Assembly (NCBI GenBank): GCA_001179505.1
Contig: CDMY01001019.1
Span: 62,001-126,000 of the forward strand
Source: Vitrella brassicaformis CCMP3155
Taxonomy: Eukaryota > Protista > Chromerida
Reading direction: 5' to 3'
DNA length: 64,000 bases
Below are positions 10,637 through 26,800 of this stretch, in pieces. The notes beneath the pieces were generated by a model. The model saw only the letters and a program-made list of their open reading frames with translations, ran no database searches and was not told the origin of the DNA. Numbering within the stretch: position 1 is the stretch's first letter; each line of letters opens with the position of its first letter. Made by a program: the position numbers and the translations under genes.

Positions 10637-11895
10637 TACACAAAAAGACAACAAAAAGATGGGATGGGATGTGTGTGTGTGGGGTGGGTGAATGCAGGCG
10701 TTCTCCTGTTTGTATTGCTCGGCCTGTCGCCCTCACTCGACCCTCTCCACTACTTCCGGCAAATAGATAAACACACACTCACCCAAGACACACAGTCGAC
10801 CGACCTGTCTAGCTTCGTGTGTGTTCGTGTGTCTCATATCAGTGTGCCGACGTTCTTCGCTCTCCCAGGCTGGCCGATCCTCCTCGCAATCTGGGTCAGT
10901 CCGTCAGTCAATATTTGTATGCACAATCATGCCTTTCGGGTGTGTGCTGCTGCAGGCGTGTGTGTTTGCTGTCGGCGCGCGTGTGCATCTCGTGAGGTAA
11001 AACAGTGACGATATAGACCACTGATGGCCACTGACTTAAAGCAATTTTGAATTCTATCTCACAGGGAGGAGCAGCGCAAGTACGGCACCACCAGCCCCGA
11101 CACGACGACCACCGTGTGAGCCACACAACGACAGACAGACAGACAGACAGACAGACAGATATGACTGACACAGAGGGAGGAGAGACGTGAGTGACGGATA
11201 GAGGGCTGACTTGATGGATGGATGGATGCAGTAACTGCTGTAAAACGATGACATGACTTGATCGTGTTTTTAATCGCATCCAGTCTTACTTGTGGCGTCA
11301 TTCAACGTGCATACCGGATGAAGGCCAAATTGCCGTAGTTCCGCTGAGCTGTGCATGTGGTGCATGGCATTCATGCGGCCATATGTGGTAATGTTCACAC
11401 AGGGGAGCACACACACGGACAGCCACACGCACGTCTCGCACACCCACTCGTTCCTCTCTTCTCCTCTCTTGCTGCCTTTATATATGTACACGTGTACATA
11501 CATGGGGAAGCTGGCTGTCTTATTTGGTTCTCTTTCTTTCTCGCTCCTTGCTCGTCAATCAATGACTCGGCCGCAGCTGCGGTGAAGTATAACTGTGTCT
11601 TGAATGCAAGTCATTCTACCTGATGCCAAAAAGGGGCTGACGATCGCTACAATGCGGTACTTCACGGCCACTTACAACATGCACCGACACAGACGTACTG
11701 ACGCCCAGTCGTCTCGCAGCACATGAGAGAGGGTCGCTCCCTCCCCGACTTCCCACCCCTCCATCCCCCATGCACAAGACACCGATACATGTACTCGGCC
11801 AACACACAGGAGGGGCCGTGGATTGCAGGCCCGTGTATTTTGCGTGCGTCGCACTCTGTGTACATCTATCTACAGAACAGAAACCAACAATCCAT

Positions 11896-12909
11896 TCAGT
11901 CACGCTTGACTGGCAGGGTGGCGGCCCATGCGTATGTGATGGCTGCGGGATTGTAGATGGTAGTATCTTTGTAGTTATTTATAGCCATTTCTAGCTCATG
12001 GAATTGAATATGAAACCACAGAAACACGAGCGCGAGTGCGCTACCCCCATTCTTCCTCCCCGGAAGACCAGGCCCAATCCTGAGCGGACACGCAGAGACG
12101 CACGCACGCACACAAACACACATACGCACACGGAGCCTCTCTGTCTGTCTGTCTGTCTGTCTGTCTGAGCGAGCTCTGCAGCCATCAGGTCTACACACAC
12201 ACACACACACACATACACAACACACGCACACACAATGCGACATTGTCAGACACGCCCAGACACACAGACAGATGGTGTTCTTACAAAAGTTTGCCATGCC
12301 CCTTTTCAATTCCGGCAGGCCTTGACGCAAGAAAAACTCCGCTTCTTTCCTGTCAGCAGAAGACAGCCTGCAGCAAGCAAGCACAGAAGCCACGAGACAC
12401 ACGCACATAACTAGACGCACTCTCTCGCACGCACGCAATTCATTGCATTGCAGCCACGTAGGCTACAACCCACCTTGCAATTGCTTTCGGCAATCGTTTC
12501 TTCAAGCGATTCTCGCCGTCAAGTAGTACATACCATAAACATGTTCTCCCCGTCAGTCACCCACTGGCGGAGCTCATCATCGGACGGCGGTGGGCCTCTC
12601 TTCCCAGCCATCCGGCCCTGCCACACGCACAAACACACTGGTTGAGAGATACGTCAGTTTGCGCGTTCCACTCACTGCTCACTCACCGCTGCTCTTGGTC
12701 CAATGCTGGGATGGTCATGGCATGGCATGGCGCACCACCCTGTCAGCGAGCAGACGTCCTTCTCTGGGCTTGCAGGTGATGCCATGGCCCCTGTTGGGGA
12801 AGCTGCTCGTGCACTGGTGATGACGGATGAGGAACGACAATGCTCTTAGAGTGGTTGTGCATGACGCCGCTGTCGTTAGGCAGATGGCGGCAACGAACGC
12901 ATACATCAT
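11896..12909 (-). CDS. Hypothetical small protein with a possible signal peptide, multi-exon
   Basis: The N-terminus MMYAFVAAICLTTAASC is followed by splice-bounded segments such as LSSADRKEAEFFLRQGLPELKRGMANFCKNT. The model is uncertain. Confidence 0.3.
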
Positions 12910-13008
12910 CCAAAGACAGAGAGATGAGTTGCTAGTCTCCCTTGGTTAGTCTCCCTTCACAGAGCCGAGCCCATCTTAGGCTCGCAAACATCGTTCGGCG
13001 AGCGGTCG

Positions 13009-16000
13009 ATGGCGATGGAGTGCTCTCGACATCTCCTTCGGCCTATGGCTGCATCCCCTGCCCTTTCTGCGGCAAGGGCGCATTTCCTCGTGCTGTCGAA
13101 AGGCTCGGCGTCGTCCACAGCCACTGGTGTCCCCCGCCCAGCACTCGGAGCGCCATCCATTCTCCCCAGGCAGCAGCTCCAGTGGCGTTTCTTCAGCTCT
13201 GCTGCTGCGGTGTCATCCAGCAGCCTTGAGGCGCGGTTCAACGAGATGCTGGCGAAAGGCAACTTGCAGGCCAACGAAGCGCAGAAGGCGCTGGTCAAGA
13301 AGCTGATGGCGCTGCAGGGGAGAATAGACGCGCAGGGTGACGTGCCCGCCCCAGCGGCACCCGCCGACTTTAGTAGGACTTCGCTAGGAGGGAGGACCGC
13401 AGCAGGGGCGGCCCCTGCAGGAAGCGGCTCCTTCTTCGGGCGGCTGGGGGGTTTGTTCGGTGGCGGGGCGGTGTCCGACACAGTGGCGAAGGACAGTGCT
13501 GGTGCGGACGGTTTCGGTGGTAGTTTATCAGTGAGTCCCGCTATCAAGGGGCTGTATATCTGGGGCGGCGTTGGGCAGGGCAAGACCATGATCATGGACA
13601 GGTGGGCCAAAGATTGATAGACAAGACACAGAAGCACCAAGGAGAGCGAGCGGCTCTCTCATCCATTCGTGCCTTCTTTCTCCCTGCTCCCCCCGTGTGT
13701 TTATACATACGTGTCTGTGGGTCGCTTCATGGTTGGCTGATACATACAGCTTTTATGACACGACGCATCTGTCGTCCAAGAAGCGCGTGCACTTCCACCA
13801 GTTCATGCTGGACGTGCACGCCCGGCTGCACAAGAAGAAGGCGCAGAACAAGGCTGAGGGGCGCGCCGACGCCGACCCGCTCATACAGGTGGCGTACGAC
13901 ATCCGCAGAGAGGCCCAGCTGCTGTGCTTTGACGAGTTCCACGTCGTTCACATCACCGACGCCATGATACTCAAACGACTCTTCGAGGGGCTCTTCCAGG
14001 TAGGGAGGTGAGGACATTGGCTGCCTGGCTGCATGGCTGCCTCGCTGCCTCGCTGCGTATCGTCGAATGAGTGCGACCATCGATCGGTTGTGTCTTGATT
14101 CCTTCAGAGCGGGTGCATTGTGGTGTCGACGAGCAACCGGCCGCCAGATGATTTGTACAAGGGCGGTCTGAATCGCAGCCGATTCGTGCCCTTCATCGGT
14201 CTGCTCAAGCAGTGCTGCGAAGAGTTCCAAATCGAAACCAACAAGGACTTCAGGTGACTGACTGAAACGGTGACCCACAGGAACAAGGCTGAACGAATCA
14301 ATGATCAGGTTGACGAAGCTCGTGGCGCAGCATCACGGCCTCTACAATGTGCCCAGCAGGTGTGTAAGGGATGGACAGGGCCGGCCATCAATCACATGAC
14401 ATCTGCTGCTCTTGATTGACATCCGTGCTGCATCCATCGTATGTGTCAATCGTGTGTGTCAGGTCTGAGGATGAGATCCTCAAGCACATGCAGTACCTGA
14501 CCAGGGGGCACCAGCTGGAGGAAGCGGAAATCGACGTCATGATGGGCAGGACCCTTAAGGTCACTCAACACACACACACACACACACACACACAACTCCA
14601 GCCCTCAGTCACCCAGCCAGCCGCACATGGTACGTATGTACACAAGCTCTACCAACTTGCCTGTGTGTCTTGTCTGTCTGTCTGTCTGTCTGTCTTCCCA
14701 TGCACCAGGTGCCTCATCAAGCGTCCGGGGTGGCTCACGTGACCTTTCCGGCCCTCTGCGCGACGAGTGTCGGTGCGGCCGACTTCATAGCGTTGGCTTC
14801 GACCTATCACACAGTGTTTCTGAGTGACATCCCCAGCCTTGAGAACATGGACGAGTCGCCCAACGAGATCAGGCGCTTCATCAACCTCATTGACATCCTC
14901 TACGAGAGGGGATGCCGCGTCATTTTCGACGCCCAACTCCCGCCATTCAGGCTGTTCGGCACCACCCGGACCACTGAGGAATTCGAGAAGCTGCGCCAGT
15001 GTCTGAAGAAGCGGTGGGAGCGGCTCCAAGACGCGCTCGACAAACTGGCAACGGTGAGTGAGTGAGTGGGGCAGAACGATCTATCGATGGATGGATGGAT
15101 GTATCTGTATGTGTTGCACGATGGGTGGTCTGGCGGGTGGTCTGGCGGGTTGCATATGTCAGCGGCCGAGCGCGGGTGAGCTCAATCAGGAAGAATTCGC
15201 CACTGCGGTCGTCGACGTCAGTGGATGCGAACCAAGGTCGGTGTGTGAGTGAGAGAGAGAGTGAGCGAGTGAATCGGAAAGCGAGAAGGTCACTCATTCA
15301 CTCGCAGCACATGCTTACATAGTTGCTTTCATGTTGGTTGATGTATGTCTCCCTCCCTCCCTTTTTGCCTCCCTTTATGACCCACCCAGGTGTGCGCAGC
15401 ACATCTTTGAGGTGCTCGACACCAACCACGACGGCAAATTGCACGTCGAAGCTCTCAGGTACACACACCACACCTCCAGTCAGTCAGCAAACGACTGGCC
15501 TCTCCCTTGGTTCCCTGCTTTCCCCGGTTGTGTCTGTCTGTCAGGTCTGCTTTGTTCTTCCACGCCATGAACTACGACATCCACCCGCCGTCCGAGACCG
15601 ACGCGTGGTTCTTCGACAGAGAGAAGGCGGCCAACGAGGCCACCAGGCTCAGCGAGGGGCGCTCGGAGCGCATCACCACCAGGGAAATGGGACTCGGATA
15701 TGAACTGTACAAGTAAGGGGCACCGACCGACAAACGGACGGACGGACCGTGGCCTGCCTACATGCTTTGCCTTTTTGGTGCGTGTTGTGTGATTGTGTAC
15801 AGTGAGGGCGGGTCATCATCCAAGGAAGACAACAAGTTCGCCTTCGTCAGGACCGTCTCCAGGTAGGTGACTCACTCACAATTACTTCAGAAACCAACAG
15901 CAGAGAGCACCGCTCCTCCCTCCCTCCCTCCCTCCCTGGGCCGTCCGTATGTGTGTGTGTCAGGATGCGTGACATGATCAGCCTACCGTACTTGCAGAAG

Positions 16001-16240
16001 CATCAAAAGGAGTTCCACCTGGACGACCTCTCTCAGCTCGGCCTGAAGCGCCCCCAGCACGATCAAACACCACCCCCACCAAGTGACGCCACCGAGGCAA
16101 TGAGTGAACCGAGACACAGGGAGAGGGACCACAGGCCCACGAGGCCTCCCAAAGAGCGGCCCGTCGACACACACGAGAGGCGGCCTTTTCCAGCAGAAGA
16201 GGGCACCTACCCACAGCCGGCCTTTGCCTTTTCGGGGTGA
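13009..16240 (+). CDS. AFG1: AFG1/ZapE (LACE1)-family ATPase with a mitochondrial-type N-terminus and an EF-hand-like insert
   Basis: GLYIWGGVGQGKTMIMD (Walker A), KKRVHFHQFMLDVH, LLCFDEFHVVHITDAMILKRLF (Walker B), VVSTSNRPPDDLYKGGLNRSRFVPFI, RRFINLIDILYE and FAFVRTVSR. Confidence 0.93.
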
Positions 16241-16805
16241 TTTACTGACTGGGCTTCTAGATGTGTGTGCACCGGCTTTTTCTTTGGTTCTGTCTATCTG
16301 CCTGTAAGGGGCTTTTTCGTCTGTACAGATCGATTGGTAAGAGAAGCGGGCGGGTTTTAATGCGGGTATCATATGCATCCATAGTGTGTCTGATAAGGAA
16401 CGGTCCGTGGCTGTATGTGATGGTTACGTTACGCTAGTAAGCAGGCTGAGGGGCAGGAGTGGGTCATGACGTCTCACTCGCTCTTGGGAATGCGGCGGCC
16501 CCTTTTTGAAGGCATGCGCCTGGCGATGAGTGAATGGCTGTGCGTGTTGCGGGCGCGATCCAAAGACTTTACTGGAGAAGCTCCCCTCATTTTCATTCCT
16601 CAACGCATAGCAGCACAAAGAGCGAAAGTGAGCCGGGCCGGCGCCTGTCTCGCGTTGACGTCGTATATCACTGATTCACCACTTGCAGCCATCCATCCAT
16701 TCAGTCACCCAGCCACCCACCCATCGATATCACTCACTCACTCAGTCACGCACACAAAACAAGCAACAAGCAATCATGTGTCTCACCTAACGGTATGTTT
16801 GCAGG

Positions 16806-17732
16806 ATGCAGCCAAGCCGCAGGTGGGCCTGCAAGAAGGCACAGGTTGCCTTGGGGAAAGGGCACATCACAAAGTAGGCAATGGACATCGGCACAGACTA
16901 ACTTCAATCTGTCTCTGTGTCCGGAAATGATGCATGTGTCTGTTTATTGCTGCAATCAGAATGCCGTCTGATGCTCGTCTGGTGGGTTGATGTAGGGAGT
17001 ATCTCAAACAGCAGCGAGAGGCTAAAGTCATCAAACAGGTAAGGACAGCGCACCAACAGACGCAGACTTTACTGACGTGCGTGCTGCAGAGACACAGCTG
17101 AAGGCCTTGTCAGCCGATATCATGACCACCACCACTCACTGCTCTGTTGTTGCTGCTACGTATGTATGAGAGCGGATGAGAGCAACACACATACACACAC
17201 ACGCGTGTGCCATCACCTGACGACAATTGAGAGCATGTCTCCCCCTTTAAAGGCTCTCCCTGTGTCTAGGTGGCTTGGGCGGTATCTGCAGGAGATGGAG
17301 GACGAGATCGAAGGCCTTCACCAACCTCAGACAATCCGCCAAGCGTCTGTCTATAAGGGTGTCACTATGTGTGTGGGTCTCCGTTCGCTCATTGGTCAAT
17401 TGGCCCATTGACTGCTGTGTGTGCATTCTGGGATGGGTGGGTGCAGTCGAGAAGGGCGAGAACATTGGTTTCAATCCCGACACGGCCGACGCCCAACAAC
17501 TTGTGCAGTGGTCGGTGGGCAGACAGGATGAATGGATGGATGGCCTTGATTGTGATTCTCTCATCCTTCTCAGCCTCCTTCCTGGCGCGTATAGGTGTGT
17601 GCAGGTATACGGATCTGAAGGCGTCGATTGAGCTGGCTCGAAAAGCCGTGAAGAAGATCAAGGCTCATGAGGTCCCTTTCAACCTGGTGCGTCCATCCGT
17701 CCAGGAATGCACGAGTTCCTCCACCCACCCAC

Positions 17733-17769
<37 letters not shown>

Positions 17770-18216
17770 TCTGTGTGTACCCAGGAGACGGCATCTGACC
17801 ACCACATCGTGTGCCTTCATCGACTGGTCCTCGAGGAGAGGAAGCACCAACAAATCATCGAAGCGCGAAAAATCAAATTCGTGAGAGACGAACAGACAGA
17901 ACGGCAGACAGGTCCCACACACACAACACGCAGACCTTCAACGCACTCTGCTTTGCTGTGCTGTCTGTGTCTCGTGCAGGCCTAGCTGGGCGCGTGATTT
18001 GTATTCACTTTGCTGAGCCGCTTGCTCGCGGGAGGAACATTCAAGACTTGCAAGCCGCGACCGAAAAATGTGCCGCCGGTTTTGGACATACATTTGTTCT
18101 GCCCCATGCCTTGGTCTCGATTGTGCTGTCGGCGCGTTCGAAATGGATGGCCGGTTTCTATGTTTTGTGCCTCCTTGTTCTCTTGCCTAGGTATTTGTGT
18201 GGGTGCGTAGTGTGAG
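16806..18216 (+). CDS. Hypothetical multi-exon protein, helical/coiled-coil
   Basis: A series of short GT-AG exons (REYLKQQREAKVIKQ; YLQEMEDEIEGLHQ; DLKASIELARKAVKKIKAHEVPFNL; HRLVLEERKHQQIIEARKIKF). No family recognised and the ends are approximate. Confidence 0.5.
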
Positions 18217-19189
18217 GCTTTAGGATATGACGTGTGTGTGATTTGTGGCTCACATGGATCCACTCGTCCATTCCATCGATGCATCCCACGAGATCGCACC
18301 TGCCCTCCCAGCCGGCTGGCCGCTTGAGTGCATTCTTCCGCTTTGTGTGTGTGGATGTGTGTGTGGATCGATCCAATAAGTGAGTGGTGTGGATGGCCTG
18401 CCTTGGTGGAGACCTGACCGTGGTGATGATGGGATGAATGTTATGTCACCTCTCAGCCGTTTGGCCATGTTTGTATATATATACTCAGTTCCCATTCATC
18501 GACACACTGTCAACCAACACGCACCAGACATGCACTCGCACACACACGGAACACACACAGACACACACACAGAGAGAGAGAGAGAGAGGAAGGAGGGGAA
18601 GAGTCGGCCCACGCATGCATATCATATGGGCCTATCCTGTGTATGTATGTATGTTATGTGTGTGAGTATAAACACCGCAAGCACCGCACCAGGTGACAGA
18701 CAGATCATATCATATCGATGGTATATACACAGAAAAGAGAAACGACCCACACCCACTCACCTCACTCCACCCACGCACCCACACCCAGTGAGTGATCGAA
18801 CGGCGGGACAGTGTGTGTGGGTGTGTCCAACTAAGCATACATACATACATACATATGTGTGTGTGTCAGTGCGACAGCCACCCACATAAATCGACGCGAC
18901 CTCAGCACCGTCCGTCTCTCTCTCTTTCCTATCCGCCCGCCTGGTGCCCTGATGGACAAGCGAACGAATCGATGGACCACACCACACCACACCACACCAG
19001 ACAAACGAAGCAGTGCGGTGCTGTGGATGGATGTGCCCTCTGAGATGTGACGGATGTGTTATGTTGTTGGCTTGCCTTCTGACTGCGAATAGAATTTGGA
19101 CAGAGTCTGCGAACCAAACGACACGCACACAGACGTCTTGTTGTTTGAGCGATGCTCGCACTCCCTCCCTCCCTCCCTCTCTCTTTCGT

Positions 19190-23482
<4,293 letters not shown>

Positions 23483-23810
23483 GTCAACATCATGTCAGAG
23501 AGGTGGCAAGCGTGGCATGCAATGCAGTCCTTTTGTGTTTTGGTGTGTCGTGGTCCGTGTGGCTTTGACCTCAAGTACTTTTGCGATGGTAGGATGCGAT
23601 GACGCTGTGCTTGGAGGCTAACGGAACCAAAAGAACAGATCTCGGCTTCTTCGAATTGCGATCGCTGCGAGCTCACGCTTCATCCGCTCTGACATGCTGC
23701 TAATATCACCCATTCTGAACCGGCTTGCTGCGACTCAGCCAGCAACGTCGTTGATCTACGAGTGTGCATCTGTCACTGATCTACTGGTGATGATCTGAGG
23801 TGATCTGAGG

Positions 23811-26800
23811 ATGACTCCTGCACACTCCGGACACCGATGCAAGACCGCCCTCCGTCGGGTCGCCCCTGCATCCGTATCCGTCCCGCTGGCCGCCCTGGTG
23901 CCACTGATCTGCCTCCAATCAGCCCTCTCATTCATCCCCCACCCACACCCCCTTCATGCACAGCTTTCCCACAGGCCACCAGCGCGGCTCAGACGGCCTA
24001 GGCCATCTTCCACCCTGCAGATGTTCCTCTTTGGCGGCGGTGAGGCCATTGACCGAGGTGGCCCGAACAGGCACCAGCAGTCTGCCTTCTTCGGCTCGTT
24101 CGACGCCCTGGAGAGCGAGGTGCAGCACTACCTGGGCGACAGGGAGCGGCAGATAATCACCGGCGCACCAGCAGCAGAGGGAGACCATGGCAATGGCGGT
24201 TTGCAGGCCTTCATTAGGTGGCCGTTCGGGCGGAGCGAGAGGCATCGTCAGGGTGACAGTGACGGCCAGCAGTCCCCCTTGTCAGCTCAGGATGTTCGTG
24301 AGAGGCTTGCACGTGCTCCACTAGAGTATGGGGAGTTGAGCCGGTATGGGTATGGGTATCTGGTGGACCCTATCATGCGCTACCACGGCGGATACATCCG
24401 CGTGTCGCAGCGGCTGAACCTGCCTTACATGTCGGCACAGAGGTGGCATCCGGAGGTCCTCGTTGACCAGCTCAATACAAGACTGCAGAAACAAACCGCC
24501 AAGTGGGCCTAAGAGTCAGGGAGTGATGGGCAGAATGAATGGATGGTTGGTGTTGGTTCGCTTGTTTCCCTGTTGCCTTTCAGTGAGGGTGGCGAGTCGA
24601 GTGTGTCGGAGCTGCCATTCCTCGGTGAGCGAGCGGGACGCTCCCCCACATACCCATCCATCCATCCATCCATCCATCCACTATGCGTCGCCGTTTGTCT
24701 GCCTCCCTGCCGGCTATGCAGCTGGTGCCCATCAGTGGGTCAACAGGAGTGCGGACGCCCCTACCCGCGACAATGGCCAGGTTTCCGACGGTCTGGGTGT
24801 GGTGCTGTACCCCAATGTCGGCGACGTGGTGCTCTGCCCAATGGCTGACGGATACTCACTCGCACAGGCACGTTTGCACTTCTATTGCTTGGCAGCCACC
24901 AGCTAGCTATGCAATGCTGCGTATGTGGGGTGGATGGATGGATGGATGTGGATCGTTTCATTCAGGTGCAGAGGTTGCGGGAGATGGAGGGCGGGGTGTT
25001 TGTGGCGACGGTGCAGCGGCTGGTGAGAGACAAACAGTCGGGCCTGTACAAGCCTGACAGGATGGACAAACCCGCCACTAGGGTACGAGCAAACAAACAC
25101 ACAGATTCACACGGAGAGAGGGAGGGGCAAGCCACAGACAGTGATGTATGTACATGTAAGATGACGGACGGGCTGTCTGTGTGTGTGTGTGTTCAGAATG
25201 TGGAGGAGCTGTGTCCGGTGCGTGCCTACTACATCATGGGCAAGCAGGCCTTCCAGGCACAAAACGCACCAAACACACACAGTGCACACACACACGGGCA
25301 TCAATATTTATTGGCACATCCATCCGTCTGTCTGTCTGTCTGTCTGTCGTCTGTCGTGTCTCACTCAGGTTGAGTTTGACAGCGACACAGAGGAGCGGCC
25401 AGCACTGGTGGCCGGCAGATACACGTGAGTAAATCACTGACTCACCCAATTGCTCATCAGAAAGAAAGAAAGAAATCCACACCATTATCCATCCACTCTT
25501 CCTTCCCCGCCCTCGCTCTCCCTGTCTCTCCCTTGCTCTCTCAGGATCGATGCAGATCTGGTCAAGGCCTCTGGTGTCGGCCGTGAGGTGCTCAACCAGC
25601 GGGCCTACGACGAGTACCTCAACGACTACCGAGTGCTCAAGGAGGACCTCATCGTCAAGGCCGTCTATTCGGGCATCGCGGGGTTCGTCCTGACCGACCT
25701 CACCTTCGACCTCCAAACGGCTCTCATATTCCTCATCGGCAACCTCTTTGGGACCGGTCAGCGAACGGCCGACCGAAAAAGCCAACCAACAAACACATAG
25801 ATACATCTATCTGCCGTCATGTGTTTGTTGCATTCCGTTCCTTGTGTGGTTATCCCTCCATCCATCCCTCCGTCCGCCACCCACTCAGCGTACCTTGGTC
25901 TCCTCGAGGCCGGGACGGACACCTTCGGGACGCCCGAAGCACAGGGACCTCTTGGAAGGCTGTCCAACATCAGGTCAGTCGGTCCCGTCAGTGGACGAGG
26001 GGGTGAGTGAATGTGTGAACGAGTGGTGGGGAGGGGGGCCGTCCGCTCACTCCTTCCTGCGTTGTTTGCTGCTTGTGTGGCAGGTTGGCGCTTCCCGTGC
26101 TGCTGATGGTGACTCTGACGCTCTACCGCTCGGCCACGGAGGGCGGCTCCTTCATCCAGGACAACTACCTCACGTGGCTCACCAGGGAACAGTTCTTCGC
26201 GGGCATCATCGGATTCCTCTCATACAGGTGTGCTATAGGCCCAAAACATACGGCACTCAAACACAACGTACATGGACAAAAGAGCGAGCCGAGCCGGGCG
26301 TCCACCATTCCCTCTCCTTGGTCTGCCATGTGCCACGCAGGGTGCCGTTCATTCTGATGGCTTTGCAGAGTCTGTTTGGCGGGCCCGACGGGCAGAAGAA
26401 CATCCCTGGGTCGATCGGAGGTCTCGCCAGGATCAACGACGTGAGCGACAGACGCACACACGCACTCGCACATTCACCTGAGTCATACGCCACACACCTG
26501 CCCCTCTTCCCGTCCCCTGCTTTTTTGGTCTGCAATCAATGCATGCAGTATCTGTCAGAGAAGCGTCGTGGGCGGGAGCAGCCCAACGCCGCGCAAATGG
26601 AGCTGGATGCGCGCGACAACAAAAGGCAGCCGCCGCCCTCCTCTGCGTCCTCTGTGCCCTTCTTCGTTCCCGTGGCGGTGCTATCGGGCCCCATCTGTCT
26701 GGGTCGCACAGACGTCTTATCGGATCTGATGGCTCTTGACGACCGGTTCGCCATGCCGACATGGGTGACGCCCGACATAGACCACTCGCCTTTGACAAGG

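Larger units (their letters stand above)
8536..11119 (+). pseudogene. Multi-exon gene with an in-frame TAA and a C-terminal hydrophobic region, possibly a degenerate GT8/IPUT1-like glycosyltransferase fragment
   Basis: Phase-compatible exons 8536-8638, 8740-8916, 9047-9125, 9233-9373, 10698-10758, 10843-10894, 10956-10996 and 11065-11119. TAA at 9301-9303 lies inside an otherwise open frame. RRVHSAAYNAD, VHL..FSTLKPC and VPTFFALPGWPILLAIW loosely recall GT8/IPUT1 motifs (from memory). No 5' exons were found. Confidence 0.35.
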
